From: Octopus sinensis
Taxonomy: Eukaryota
Direction: 5' to 3'
NCBI RefSeq assembly: GCF_006345805.1
Contig: NC_043003.1
Location: 112,778,001-112,842,000, forward strand
Length of the DNA stretch: 64,000 nucleotides
Shown: positions 1 through 14,955 of the stretch, piece after piece
How the letters are laid out: the number at the start of each line of letters is the position of its first letter
How positions within the stretch are numbered: position 1 is the first letter of the stretch
The notes under the pieces: generated by a model
Databases searched by the model: none
What the model was told of the DNA's origin: nothing
What the model saw: only the letters and a program-made list of their open reading frames with translations
Position numbers and translations under genes: made by a program

Positions 1-1950
1 TATGGGTAGTAAAGAAATATATATATGATTGTGCGTCCATACATAGAAATTCCATAGAGCGATCCTTGGATCTTGGTTATAAACCAGCCCTTTCTCTTCT
101 ATTGGCAAAAATCCTTGCAATAAAATGTACATACATACAAATGTGAGATACATAAAGATGGGGGATGGAGGAATATGCTGAGCTTTTGCTGATCAAGAAA
201 AGCGTAACGTCAGAGTCAGCGGTGCGGCATCATAAGAGAAACCTGATGTCAATGTGGTTAAACTATAAGAAAGCTTTTGATTTTGTCTCCCACTCGTAGA
301 TGTTGGAAGCCTTTCGACTTGCTAAAGTCCCAGATGAAGTCAAAGCCATAACTGGCCTGACTTCATCTTGTACTAACATCTTGAAATTGAAGACAAAGAG
401 TGATTATATTATCAGTGGTAGAATATAATATCACAGAGATATATTCCAATGAGATAGTCTGTATGTGTAATAATGCTCATACTTTCAGTAAATCCTTTGT
501 CATTCATGTTAAGGAAATCTAAAGGGAGGAGACAGAAATATCAAGATCACACACTGCTTCTTTGTAGATGATTTAAAGTTCTATGCAGGACATGCATGAC
601 ATGAAAAAAAACACTTTGACCTGGTTACATTCTCAAAATGATATAGAGTTGGAATTTGGTCGGGATTAGTGTTCCTATATGTTCTTACGAGAGAAACTGT
701 AAACCAGTCGAGCAACATCTCCCTCAATCACTTAACTGTTTCTTCTATATCTAAAGAGGAATGTTACCGGTACCTAGACGGAGATAAAAATGTACCTTAC
801 GATGGCATCTGTAACAAGGAACACATCACTAAGGAATGCCAACAATTAAGTTAATTGATTGGATGTACGATGATATATGAACCATTGATGCGTAAACCCG
901 AAAGAGACTGGCCAACATAAATAGTTTTCACATTAACAATGAGGTAGACTCGCCTCAGCCTAAAACGAAAACGAGGAGGCAGGTGCTTAACACCAAACAG
1001 CTTTTGAACGCCACATCATATTCCTTCGGCAACATCTTTTAACCACCGAGCGTTAAAATGCTTCCATCTACTAAGCCAACAGCATACAAGAAGCAGATAA
1101 AACTCACGAGACTTAGAATGCAGCTCCTCGATAAATTTTACTTCACTGTTAACTTCATGCCCAAAGAATCTGCATTACTCTACCGCAAAATATTATTAGA
1201 TGAAAGGATGAGTGTTTATCACTAGAAGACCTTGCCTGGATATGTTATCAGAAAGATCCAGGATGACGTAATATTAATAATTAAAGCAGTCTATCATGGA
1301 CCAACAACCAGATCACTAACTCTCACTTTAAAGGGTATGCGTTTGTAATCCAGAAATACGAAATAGCAACCAAGTTCCTGATGCTCGAGAGGGACAGGGG
1401 CGTAGCAAAAGCACAAAATGTAATAAATGAAGCAGACAGTTTGTACTTAACACCGAAGATACCATTTACACCATAAGCAATTGTCTGAAAGTATCTTCGC
1501 ACTATTATCTACCGAAGAGATAATGAGATCCTTCAGAAGGATAATCCTGGGGCCAAAAGATAAGAATCTACAGCGTTTAGAAAATATGATCAGTCATAAT
1601 ACGAAAGAATCCTGTGGAATATCCATATCCAAATCTCGATAAAATCCAAACGTAATAAACCAGACACATTTGTTTGGAGCAAAGAGAAACTAAATCGAGT
1701 AACCGAAATCAGTTGACTTGCGGATGTCAACAAAAGCTAAAAAAATCAGCGAAAAAGAAAGCACCTACACTGAACTGTACATTTACTCCGCCCGGATTAC
1801 AAGTTCACATTATACTCGTAATTATTGAGGCACTAGAATACGTAATAAACTGCCTCAGCACCAATCATAAGAAACTTGAATTCTCTAAACCAAAAGTTGA
1901 GAAACCTAATTAGAAGATATTAGAAGATATTTTGACAGTTCTGTCAAAAT
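1..1950 (+). mobile_element. Decayed R4/Dong-like non-LTR retrotransposon, 3' portion (RT, CCHC, restriction-like endonuclease)
   Basis: Broken-frame translation gives WLNYKKAFDFVSHS (RT), DIFQ*DSL, HCFFVDDLKFYA (YxDD region), DIELEFGRD, GGRCL, FKGYAFVIQKYEIAT, a CCHC remnant, NKPDTFVWSKEK and IILVIIEALE (RLE). Many stops and frameshifts. Confidence 0.85.
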
Positions 1951-2174
1951 ATCTAAAAAAATTCCATAAGTTTAGCATATAAGCACGTATGTCAAGAAAA
2001 ACATCTAGACGAAGACATATAAACATACAACCTTTACTCAAATACATTTGTGAACCATTAAAGCAAAGTGAAACCATTTTCTATAGTAATAGCACCATTA
2101 CATGCCTGACTAAGGGAGGGAGGGATCTGGGATTGTTTTGTGTCTCAATTGGCAATTACGATAGACTTCTAAAA

Positions 2175-2345
2175 TCTTGTGTGGGGGGTGGTGTGGTGGG
2201 GTGGGGTGAGTGAGGGGGTGTGGTGTGGTGGGGTGGAGTGGGGGGGTGGGGTGAGTGTGGGGGTGGGGTGGGGTGAGTGTGGAAAGGGTGGGGGTGGGGT
2301 GGGGTGGGGTGGGGAAAGTGTGGGTGTGTGTTTGTGTGGTGTGAC
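2175..2345. repeat. G-rich (GGGGT/GGTGT) low-complexity tract
   Basis: Direct reading; repeated G3-G6 runs. Confidence 0.9.
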
Positions 2346-2414
2346 GTGGGTGGGATTTGCTGTCGTGAACATTGTTTTTGCGTCAATGCTTGCACCTGTG
2401 TTTATATGCGTACG

Positions 2415-2424
2415 AGTATGTATG

Positions 2425-2458
<34 letters not shown>

Positions 2459-2984
2459 TGTATGTATGTATGTATGTATGTATGTATGTATGTGTGTATG
2501 TATGAATGTATGTATGTTTGTATGTATGTATGTATGAATGTATGTATGTATGCATTATGTATGTATGTTTGTATGTATGTATGTATGAATGTATGTATGT
2601 ATGTATGTATGTATGTATGTATGTATGTATGTTTGTATGTATGTATGTATGAATGTATGTATGTTTGTATGTATGTATGTATGAATGTATGTATGTATGT
2701 ATGTATGTATGTATGTATGCATTATGTATGTATGTTTGTATGTATGTATGTATGAATGTATGTATGTATGTATGTATGTATGTATGTATGTTTGTATGTA
2801 TGTATGTATGAATGTATGTATGTATGTATGTATGTATGTATGTATGTATGTATGCATTATGTATTATGTTTGTATGTATGTATGTAATGTATGTATGTAT
2901 GTATGTATGTATGTATGTATGTATGTTTGTATGTATGTATGTATGTATGTATGTATGTATGTATGTATGTATGCATTATGTATG

Positions 2985-3015
<31 letters not shown>

Positions 3016-4187
3016 GTATGTATGTATGCATTATGTATGTATGTATGTATGTATGTTTGTATGTATGTATGTATGTATGTATGTATGTATGTATGTATGT
3101 ATGTATGTATTATGTATGTTTGTATGTATGTATGTATGTAGATGTATGTATGTATGTATGTATGTATATTGTATGTATGCAGTATGTATGTATGTATGTA
3201 TGTATGTATGTATGTATGTATGTATGTATGTATGCATGTATGTATGTATGTATGTATGTATGATGTATGTATGTATGTATATGTATGTATGTATTTTGTA
3301 TGTATGTATGTATGTATGTATGTATGTTTGTATGTATGTATGTATGAATTGTTGTATGTATGTATGTATGTATGTATGTATGTTTGTATGTATGTATGTA
3401 TGTATGTATGTATGTATGTATGTATGTATGTATGTATGCAGTATGTATGTATGTAGTATGTATGTTGTATGTATGTATGTATGTATGTATGTATTATGTA
3501 TGTATGCATGTATGTATGTATGTATGTATATGTTGTATGTATGTATGTATGTATGTGTGTGTGGTGTATGTATGTATGTTGTATGTATGTATGTATGTAT
3601 GTAGTATGCATTATGTATGTATGTATGTATGTATGTATGTATGTATGTATGTATGTATGCATTATGTATGTATGTATGTTGTATGTATGTATGTATGTAT
3701 GTATGTAGTATGTATGCATGTATGTATGTATGTATGTATGTATGTATGTATGTGTGTATGTATGTATGTATGTATATATGTATGCATTATGTATGTATGT
3801 ATGTATGTATGTTTGTATGTATGTATGTATGTATGTATGTATGTATGTATGTATGTATGTATGTATGTATGTATGTATGTATGTATGTATGTATGCATTA
3901 TGTATGTATGTATGTATGTATGTATGTATGTATGTATGTATGTATGTATGTATGTATGTATGTATGTATGTATGTATGTATGTATGTATGTATGTATGTA
4001 TGTATGTATGTATGTATGTATGCATTATGTATGTATGTATGTATGTATGTATGTATGTATGTATGTATGTATGTATGTATATGTAGTATGTATGCATGTC
4101 TTGTATGTATGTATTGTATGTATGTATGTATGTATGTATGTTTATGTATTGTATGTATGTAATGTATGTATGTATGTATGTAGTATG

Positions 4188-4219
<32 letters not shown>

Positions 4220-4820
4220 TGTATGTATGTTTGTATGTATGTATGTATGTATGTATGTAGGTATGTATGTATGTTTGTATGTATGTATGTATGATGTATG
4301 TATGTATGTATGTATGTTTGTATGTATGTATGTATGTATGTATTATGTATGTATGTATGTATGTATGTATGTATGTTGTATGTATGTATGTATGTATGTA
4401 TGTATGCATTATGTATGTATGTATGTATGTATTTTGTATGTATGTATGTATGTATGTATTATGTATGTATGTATGTATGTTTGTATGTATGTATGTGTAT
4501 GTATGTATGTATGTATGTATGTATGAATGTATTATGTATGTATGTATGTATGTATGTTGTATGTATGTATGTATGTATGTTATGTATGTATGTATGTTGT
4601 TGTATGTATGTATGTATGTATGTATGTATGTATGTATGTATGTATGCATTGGTATGTATGTATGTATGTATTGTGTATGTGTATGTATGTATGTATGTAT
4701 GTATGTTTGTATGTATGTATGTATGTATGTATGTATGTATGTATGTATGCATGTATGTAGTATGTATGTATGTATGTATGTATGTATGTATTATGTATGT
4801 GTGTGTGTGGTGTATGTATG

Positions 4821-4854
<34 letters not shown>

Positions 4855-4999
4855 TGTATGTATGCATTATGTATGTATGTATGTATGTATGTATGTATGT
4901 ATGTATGCATTATGTATGTATGTATGTTTGTATGTATGTATGTATGTATGTATGTATGTATGTATGTATGTATGTATGTATGTATGTATGCATGTATGC

Positions 5000-5032
<33 letters not shown>

Positions 5033-6004
5033 TGTATGCATTATGTATGTATGTATGTATGTTTGTATGTATATATTATGTATGTATGTATGTATGTATG
5101 TTTGTATGTATGTATGTATGTATGTATGTATGTATGTATGTATGCTTATGTATGTATGTTGTATGTATGTATTTTGTATGTATGTATGTATGTTGTATGT
5201 ATGCATGTATGTATGTATGTATGTATGTATTATGTATGTATGTATGTATGTATGTATGTATGTATGTATGTATGTATGATGTATGTATGTATGTATGTAT
5301 GTCTGTATGTATGTATGTATGTATGCATAGTATGTATGTATGTATGTATGTTTGTATGTATGTATGTATGTATGTATGTATGTATGTATGTATGTATGCA
5401 TGTATGTATGTATGTATGTATGTATGTATGTATGTATGTATGTATGTATGTATGTATGCTTATGTATGTATGTATGTATGTATGTTTTGTATGTATGTAT
5501 GTATGTATGTATGTATGTATGTATGTTATGTATGTATGTATGTATGTATGTATGTATGTGTTATGTATGTATGTATGCATTATGTATGTATGTATGTATG
5601 TATGTAGGTATGTATGTATGTATGTATGTATGTATGTATGTTTGTATGGTATGTATGTATGTATGTATGTATGTATGTATGTATGTTGATGTATGTATGT
5701 ATGCATGTATGTATGTATTTATGTATGTATGTATGTATGTATGTATGTATGTATGTATGCATGTAGTATGTATGTATTATGTATGTATGTATGTATGTAT
5801 GTATGTATGTATGTATGTATGTATGTATGTATGTATGTATGTATGTATGTATGTATGCATTATGTATGTATGTTATGTATGTATGTTGGGTATGTATTAT
5901 GTATGTATGTTGTATGTATGTATGTATGTATGTATGTATGTAGTTGTATGTATGTATGTATGTATGTATGTATTATGCATTATGTATGTATGTATGTATG
6001 TTTG

Positions 6005-6036
<32 letters not shown>

Positions 6037-6735
6037 TGTATGTATGTATGTATGTTTGTATGTATGTATGTATGTATGTATGTATGTATGTATGTATTAT
6101 GTATGTATGTATGAATGTATGTATGTATGTATGTATGTATGTATGTATGTTTTATGTATGTTGTTGTATGTATGTATGTATGTATGTATGTATGTTTGTA
6201 TGTATGTATGTATGTATGTATGTATGTATGTTTGTTATGTATGTATGTATTATGTATGTATGTATGTTTGTATGTATGTATGTATGTATGTATGTATGTA
6301 TGTATGTATGTATGTTTGTATGTATGTATGTATGTATGTATGTATTGTTGTATGTTGTATGTATTATGTTTATGTTTGTATGTATGTATGTATGTATGTA
6401 TGTATGTATGTATGTATGTATGTATGCATGTATGTATGTATGTATGTATGTATGTATGTATGTATGTATGCATTATGTATGTATGTATGTATGTATGTAT
6501 GTATGTATGTGGTATGTATGTATGTATGTATGTATTTATGTATGGTGTGTGGTGTGTGTGTTATGTATGTATGTATGTATGTATGTCTGTATGTATGTAT
6601 GTATGTATGCATTATGTATGTATGTATGTATGTATGTATGTATGTATGTATGTATGTATGCATTATGTATGTATGTATGTTTGTATGTATGTATGTATGT
6701 ATGTATGTATGTATGTATGCATGTATGTATGTATG

Positions 6736-6766
<31 letters not shown>

Positions 6767-8213
6767 TGTATTATGTATGTATGTATGTATGTATGTTTGT
6801 ATGTATGTATGTATGTATGTGTAGTATGTATGTATGTATGTATGTATGTATGTTTGTATGTATGTATGTATGTATGTATGTATTATGTATGTATGTATGC
6901 ATTATGTATGTATGTATGTATGTATGTGTATGTATGTATGTATGTTGTATGTATGTATATATGTATGTATGTACGTATGCATTTCATGTATGTATGTATG
7001 TAGTATGTATGTATGTATGTATGCATGATGTATGTATGTATGTGGTATGTATGTATGTATGTATGTATGCATTATGTATGTATGTATGTATGTATGTTTG
7101 TATGTATGTATGTATTGTATGTATGTATGTATGTATGTATGTATGTATACAGGCATGTATGTATGTATGTATGTATGTATGTATGTATGTATGTATGTAT
7201 GTATGTATGTATGTATGTATGCATTATGTATGTATGTATGTATGTATGCATGTATGTATGTATGTATGTTCGTATGTATGTATGTATGTATGTATGTATG
7301 TATTTATGTATGTATGTATGCATGCATTATGTATGTATGTATGTATGTATGTTTGTGTGTATGTATGTATGTATGTATGTATGTATGTATGTATGTTTGT
7401 ATGTATGTATGTATGTATGTATGTATGTATGTATGTACTGTATGTATGCATTATGTATGTATGTATGTATGTATGTATGTTTGTATGTATGTATGTATGT
7501 ATGTATGTATGCTGTATGTATGTATGTATGATGTATGTATGTATCTGTATGTATGTTTTGTGGTATGTATGTATGTATGTGTGTATGATGTATGTATTAT
7601 ATATGTATGCATTATGTATATATGTATGTTGTTGTATGTAATGTATGTATGTCATGTATTATGTCTATGTATGCATGTAGTATGTATTATGTTATGTATG
7701 TATGTATGTATGTATGTATGTATGCCTTTATGTATGTATGTATGTATGTATTTTTTGTAGTATGTATGTATGTATGTATGTAAAATGTATGTATGTATGT
7801 ATGTATTTTTTATTATGTAGATGTATGTCTGTATGTATGTATGTATGCATTATTATGTATTAATGTATGGTAATGTTTGTATGTATGTATGTATGTATGT
7901 ATGTATGTATGTATGTATGTAGTAGGCATATGTAGTATGTATGTATGTAATTTTGTATGTATGTATTCTGTAGTATGTATTTATTTCAGTATGTATGTAG
8001 TATGTTTGTATGTATGGATGTATGTATGTATTTTGTATGTATGTATGTATGTATGTATGTATGTATGTATTTTGTATGTATGTATGTATGTCTGTATGTA
8101 TGTATGTATGTATGTATTTTTTGTATGTATGTATTATGTATGTGTTGTATTATGTATGTTTGTATGTAATTATGTATGTATGTTGTATGTATGTTTGTAT
8201 GTATGTATGGATG

Positions 8214-8244
<31 letters not shown>

Positions 8245-9270
8245 TGTTGTATGTTATGTATGTCTGTATGTATGTATTTGTTTGTATGTATGTATGATGG
8301 ATGTATGTATGTATGTATGTATGCATGTATGTATGTATGTATGTATGTATGTATGTATGTATGTATGTTTGTAGTAGTATGTTGTTATGTATGTATGTAT
8401 GTATGTATGCATTATGTCTTTATGTATGTATGTATTATGTTATGTAGGTTGTATGTAGCATGCATGTATGTATGTATGTATGTATGTATGTATGTATGTA
8501 TTTATGTTTGTATGGTATGTATGGTATGTATGTATGTATTTTGTATGTTTGTATGTATGTATGTATGTAATGTATGTTTGTATGTATGTATGTAGTATGT
8601 TGTTTGTAGGTATGTATGTATGTATGTATGTATTATGTATGTTTGTAATGTATGTAGTATGTATGTTTGTATGTATGTAGTATGTAGTATGTATGTCTGT
8701 ATGTGATGTTTGTATGTATGTATGTATGTATGTATGGTTGTATGTATGTATGTATGTATGTATGTATGTATGTATGTATGTATGTATGTTTTTTGTATGT
8801 ATGTATGGATGTATGTATGTATGTTTGTATGTATGTATGTATGTAGTAAGTATGTATGTATGTATGTTTGTATGTATGTATGTATGTATGTATGTATGTA
8901 TGTATGTATGTAGGTATGTATGTATGTATGTATGTATGTATGTATGTATGTATGTATGTTGTATGTATGTATGTATGCATGTATGTATGTATGTATGTAT
9001 GTATGTATGTATGTATGTGTATGTATGTATGTATGTATGTATGTATGTATGTATGTATGTATGTATTATGTATGTATGTTATGTATTATTATGTATGTAT
9101 GTATGTAATTTATATGTTGATGCATGTATGTATGTATGTATGTATGTATGTATGTTGTATGTATGTATTTATGTATTATGTATGCATGCATGTATGTATG
9201 TATGTATGTATGTATGTATGTATGTATGTATGCATGTATGTATGTATGCATGTATGTATGTATGCATGTG
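2415..9270. repeat. About 6.9-kb degenerate (TATG)n microsatellite
   Basis: Continuous TATG array with recurring variants (gcatta, gttt, gaat). All MYVC/HTYI ORFs here are artefacts. Confidence 0.98.
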
Positions 9271-9389
9271 TCTATGTTTGCTTTGCGTCCTCAAATTAGC
9301 AAATTGAGAGAACGATAGAGACATTATTTTAAATCTAGAAAAGGATTCTAAAAGCATGCTTGGCTTAATAAAAACTTTGATATGTGTGT

Positions 9390-9556
9390 ATGTAGTGTAT
9401 ATATATATATATATATATGTGGTGTGTGTGTGTGTGTGTGTGTATGTATATATACATATATAATTATATCAAGGATATTAAATCCGCTTAAAGAGATGCT
9501 ACCATCCAAGTTCGCTCCGGTTTCCTTCCTCAAACAATAATACCACACACACATAT

Positions 9557-9617
<61 letters not shown>

Positions 9618-9808
9618 CAATATATATATATATTATATATACATACATGCTCTTACTTGGTCGTGTTGTTTGGTCATTTCCACAATGTTTGTCTCTTGCA
9701 TATTTTTCTTCATTTGTGTATTGAGTTCGTGTATCGTTTAAACCTTTCCGTGCCTAACGGGATCACCAGTTCTTTCCTACACTCTCGGTGACTTCATATT
9801 TTTCCTAG

Positions 9809-9894
<86 letters not shown>

Positions 9895-9900
9895 CTTATT
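9390..9900. repeat. (TA)n/(TG)n and (ATT)n-(GTT)n microsatellite cluster
   Basis: Direct reading. Confidence 0.9.
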
Positions 9901-9989
9901 GTAGTATAATTTTTATCTTATTTCCGAATATTGCCGTTTCACTTTGTGTTAACTTTGTCATATGAGATATTTTGTATTTAACTGTGTTT

Positions 9990-10535
9990 TGTAAGAGTTT
10001 GTCATTATTTACATGTGTGTCTAAAGATAGATGTGCAGGAAACTCCATCCGCAAACCAGGACTATATCCGAAAAAGATCATGTTGTATATTCAACGGGAT
10101 GTGAAAGGTTTTGTTTATTATGAAGTGTTAAACCAAAACAATACAGTTAATTCGAACAAGTATTATCATTTGCAAGCATTGTACAAACATTTGCAGGAAA
10201 ATTGCCCATCATTGGTCAATCTAAAAGTGTGTTGCTCTTATGTGATAATACGAAACCCAAGTTCCTCAGGAAAAGATTATAGCACTCATTATGGAAGTTG
10301 TGACTCATCTTCTTAGTCTCCTGATCTTGCTTCAAATGACTGCCATCTTAATAAATCATTGCAACATTATTCAGAGGGAAAACAATTTATTAATTGTGAA
10401 GAAGTTAAAGATGCTATAGAGTGTTTCTTTGCTCCGAAACCGGAACAATTTCATGCCCGGGGAATCAACAATTTGCCAAATAAATGGGATTATGCAATCA
10501 ATAATGTGGAGGAGGAAATATCTTGATTAAATATA
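9990..10535 (+). mobile_element. Mariner transposase remnant (catalytic, C-terminal half)
   Basis: KPGLYPKKIML...YYEVLNQNNTVNSNKY...LQENCPSLVN, then SPDLASNDCHL...FFAPKPEQFHARGINNLPNKW, matching the mariner YSPDLAPSD C-terminus. Confidence 0.85.
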
Positions 10536-10562
10536 TCAATTAAGACCAAGGAAGCACATCTT

Positions 10563-10727
10563 TCTCATCTGATATATATATATATATGCATGTATGTGTG
10601 CGTATTATGTATATGTATGCGCAACACACACCACACACACACATATACATGTATATATAAATACATATGCATATACACACACACATATATATATACATGT
10701 ATGTTGATACATATGTATATATATGTG

Positions 10728-10777
<50 letters not shown>

Positions 10778-10837
10778 CATGTATGTTGATACATATGTAT
10801 ATATATGTATACACACACACACACATATATATGTATA

Positions 10838-10893
<56 letters not shown>
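10563..10893. repeat. (TA)n/(CA)n mixed microsatellite with an internal duplication of about 85 bp
   Basis: tatatacatgtatgttgatacatatgtatat occurs twice (about 10690 and 10775). Confidence 0.85.
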
Positions 10894-10896
<3 letters not shown>

Positions 10897-10977
10897 GATG
10901 TTATTGTTTATAATAATATAAGTGGCCTAACATGCATAAAAAATCCATAACAGAAAAAATAATCATTTAATAATTAA

Positions 10978-11131
10978 GGGTACTAACAGGCAGTACCGGC
11001 ATGCTAAATATAGCAGTCAAAACGACGAGGGGAAAGATTTTCACTTAAACTCAAAGGTGAAAGCGATCTGAGTCTTTAAGTGAAAATTTATGGTTTGGTC
11101 ATTTTAACTGCCATACTACTTGTGAGTACCC
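10978..11131. mobile_element. 154-bp MITE with TTAA flanks and GG termini (Kolobok-like)
   Basis: TTAA|GGGTACTAACAGGCAGTA ... TACTACTTGTGAGTACCC|TTAA; 15/18 TIR match; internal hairpin ttttcacttaaa...tttaagtgaaaa. Confidence 0.65.
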
Positions 11132-11206
11132 TTAATTATTAAATTGTGTATATGCAAATATATAAATATATATTTACACATATGTGCGTGTATGTGTATG
11201 TGTGTG

Positions 11207-11375
11207 TGGTAGGCGCAGTATGGCTGAATGGCCGAAAACTTCGCTTCGTAACTAAGAGGTGTCAGATTCGATCCCACTGCTCGGCATTTTGATTAATTGT
11301 CATTTTCCTTAATTTCGATTCGACTCGTAACTTGTGAATGAAACCATATAGATGGAAACTGTAAAGAAGCCTGTC
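11207..11375 (+). mobile_element. tRNA-derived SINE (diverged)
   Basis: A-box-like tggctgaatggcc, B-box-like gattcgatccc, tail gatggaaactgtaaagaagcctgtc. Same family as 26772 and 60632. Confidence 0.7.
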
Positions 11376-11549
11376 ATTTGAGTTTGTACCAGTAATTCAA
11401 AAGGTACGACCTGGTCATATTCTGTGTTACGCTAATTCTGCCCGTAAACTACGTTAAGGGCAAACGATTGTGGAATGCTCAGTCACTCAGGAGCAGTTAA
11501 TTCGATCGAGGAAACGACTGAATCTTCATCGTCGGATGACGGAGATCCT

Positions 11550-11862
11550 CCACCACCACCACCACCAACACCACCACCACAACCACCACCACCACAACCA
11601 CCACCACCACCACCATCGTCACCATATATAATTCATTAGTTGATACCTGAAATTCTTACTACGCTCTGCATCAAACTAGGCGGCGGCAGTTGCACAAACT
11701 AGGCAGTAATTGGTGCCAATACCATATTAGGAATAGTGAACAACTTCCTACTTCTTTCTCTCCTCCTCCTTTTCAACCTGTCTCTTCCACGTTTTTATTA
11801 CTATTATTATTATTATTATTATTATTATTATCATTACTATTATTATTATTATTATTATTATA

Positions 11863-11893
<31 letters not shown>

Positions 11894-12120
11894 TATTATT
11901 ACTATTATTATTATTATTATTATTATTATACTATTATTATTATCATCATCATCATTATTATTATTGTTATTATTATTATTAATATTATGATTATTATTAT
12001 TATTATTTGTATCATTACTATTATTATTATTATTATTACTACTATTTTTATCAATACTATTATTATTATTATTATTATTATTACTATTATTATTATTACT
12101 ATTATTATTATTATTATTAC

Positions 12121-12156
<36 letters not shown>

Positions 12157-12249
12157 CACTATTATTATTATTATTATTATTATTATCGTTATTATTATTA
12201 TTATTATTATTGTTATTATTATTATTACTATTATTATTATTATTATTAC

Positions 12250-12292
<43 letters not shown>

Positions 12293-13280
12293 TCCGTGAT
12301 TATTATTATTCGTCTTTGGCTTTTACTGCTTCTTAATTCGACAACCAAACAAATAAACGAAGAATAATCTTGTTTGTCGTATCTGTGAGCAAGAAGACTT
12401 TCAAGAGCTTCCTTCATTCTTTGGACTCTCTGCGATAAAGACGTTTCTCGCTGTGCTGTTGTAATTGTTGTTGCTGATGTGGTGGTGGTGGTGGTTGGTT
12501 GTTGGTGTAGTAGTTGCCGTTGATGTTTTTGCATGCACTGGTGGTGGTGTAGCGGTGGTGGTGGTGGTGGTGCCATTTCTGCTTCTGCAGCTGCTATAAC
12601 TACAGGTGGTGGTGGTCGTGGTGGTGGTCGTGGTGATGGTGGTGGTGTTGGTGGTGGTGGTGGTAGTGGTGGTGGTTGTTGTTGTTGTTGTTGGTGGTGG
12701 TGGTGATGGTGGTGGTGGTGGTGGTGATGGTGGTGGTAGTGACGATGACGACGAAGACGACGACGAAGACGACGACGATGACGGCGGTAGTGGTGGTGGT
12801 GGTTTTGGCTGCTGCAACTACAGTTGATAGTGGTGATGACGACGTAAACAACGACAACGACGGCGATGACAGCGACAAGGACGATGATGATGATGATGAT
12901 GATGATGACGGTAGTGTTGATGATAGCGAGATGGAGATTTAGTATTACTGAGTATAACAGTGACAATGAAAACAGCATTAACGTTGGTGACGATGATGAT
13001 GATGATGATGAGGAGGAGGAGGAGGAGGAGGAGGAGGGGGATGACGATGATGATGATGATGATGATGATGATGACGACGATGATGACGATGAGGAGGAGG
13101 AGGAGGAGGAGGATGACGTTGAGGAGGAGAGGGAGGATGTTGTTGTTAGTGGTGATGGTGGTAGTGGCAGTGGCGGAGGCAGTGGTGGCAGTGAAATGAT
13201 AGTGACAACGAGAAGGAGAAAAAGGAGGAAGAGAGGAGAGGAGGAGGAAGAGAGGAGAGGAGGAGGAAGAGGATAATGTT
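11550..13280. repeat. Compound trinucleotide arrays: (CCA)n, (TTA)n, (GGT)n, (GAT/GAC)n, (GAG)n
   Basis: Direct reading; the poly-amino-acid ORFs are artefacts. Confidence 0.95.
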
Positions 13281-13364
13281 AAAAACATTCTACAAACAAG
13301 ATGTGTACAGGTAAAAATATAAACATTAATTAAACTGAACTTTCTATTATAAATATGCACACAG

Positions 13365-14436
13365 CTATATGTATGTATGTATGTGTGTATGTATGTGTGT
13401 GTATGTATGTATGTATGAATGCATTATGTATGTATGTATGTTTGTATGTATGTATGTATGTGTGTATGTATGTATGTATGTGTGTATGTGTGTATGTATG
13501 TATGTATGTATGTATGTATGTGTGTATGTATGTATGTATGTATGTATGTATGTATGTGTGTATGTATGTATGTATGTATGTATGTGTGTGTATGTATGTA
13601 TGTATGTATGTATGTATGTGTGTATGTATGTATGTATGTGGTATGTATGTATGTATGTATGTATGTGTGTATGTATGTATGTATGTATGTATGTGTGTAT
13701 GTATGTATGTATGTATGTATGTATGTGTGTATGTATGTATGTATGTATGTGTGTATGTGTGTATGTATGTATGTATGTATGTATGTGTGTATGTATGTAT
13801 GTATGTATGTATGTATGTGTGTATGTATGTGTGTGTGTATGTATGTGTGTATGTATGTATGTATGTATGTATGTGTGTATGTGTGTATGTATGTGTGTAT
13901 GTATGTATGTATGTGTGTATGTGTGTATGTATGTATGTATGTATGTATGTATGTATGTATGTGTGTATGTATGTATGTGTTGTATGTATGTATGTGTATG
14001 TATGTGTATGTATGTATGTATGTATGTGTGTATTATGTATGTATGTATATGTATGTATGTATGTATGTGTGTATGTGCGTATGTATGTATGTATGTATGT
14101 ATGTATGTATGTATGTGTGTATGTATGTATGTATGTATGTATTGTGATGTATGTATGTATGTGTGTATGTAGTATGTATGTATGTATGTATGTATGTATG
14201 TATGTGTGTGTATGTATGTATGTATGTATGTATGTATGTATGTGTGTATGTATGTGTGTATGTATGTGTGTATGTATATATGTATGTATGTATGTACGTA
14301 CGTATGTACGTATGTATGTATGTAAGTACGTATGTATGTGCGTATGTACGTATGTATAAATGTATGTATGTATGTATGTACGTACGTATATATGCATGTA
14401 CGTTTGTATGTATGTGTGTATGTATGTATGTGTATA
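13365..14436. repeat. (TATG/TGTG)n microsatellite
   Basis: Direct reading. Confidence 0.97.
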
Positions 14437-14556
14437 TAGTTCCGGATGACTCTATCTCAAGAAATTCAAATGACGGTAGCAACATCGAATTCCCTCATTC
14501 ACCAAAATTCAACCAGAGACAGGTTTAGTAAAAGCGTAACAACAACAGTGTGGAGT

Positions 14557-14672
14557 GGAGGCGCAATGGTCCAGTGGTTAGGGCAGCGGACTCGAGGTCG
14601 TAAGAACGAGATTTCGACTTCCAGACCAGGCATTGTGAGTGTTTATTGAGCAAAAACACCTAAGCTCCACGC
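14557..14672 (+). mobile_element. tRNA-derived SINE, 5' portion
   Basis: ggaggcgcaatggtccagtggttagggcagcggactcgaggtcg...gatttcgacttccagaccagg: tRNA-like head with A and B boxes. Confidence 0.8.
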
Positions 14673-14757
14673 GTTGCCACACGCATTCTTAGTAGCTTAG
14701 AGTAGGCTCGAATTATAGATTATGCTTTGTGGCTAATGGCGTGAGTCCTGATTGGGA

Positions 14758-14880
14758 GAAGAAGAAGAAGAAGAAGAAGAAGAAGAAGAAGAAGAAGAAG
14801 AAGAAGAAGAGAAGAAGAAGAAGAAGAAGAAGAAGAAGAAGAAGAAGAAGAAGAAGAAGGAGAAGAAGAAGAAGAAAAAG

Positions 14881-14918
<38 letters not shown>

Positions 14919-14955
14919 GAACAAGAAGAAGAAGAACAAGAACAAGAACAAGACA
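14758..14955. repeat. (AAG)n-(AAC)n microsatellite
   Basis: Direct reading. Confidence 0.97.

Noticed and set aside
2175-2345. G-quadruplex-forming potential
   Set aside because: Sequence-compatible, but an ordinary G-rich simple repeat with no functional context.
2156-9357. Long MYVC/HTYI ORFs (up to 557 aa) and similar ORFs at 13330-14485 and 50906-54438
   Set aside because: They are translations of (TATG)n, which is stop-free in all frames; no protein signal.
11690-13360. Poly-I/Y/D/H/T ORFs, also at 14713-15118, 30362-31105 and 52192-53529
   Set aside because: Trinucleotide microsatellite artefacts.
14557-14672. Possible tRNA gene
   Set aside because: Cloverleaf is incomplete and continues into a SINE body; treated as a SINE.
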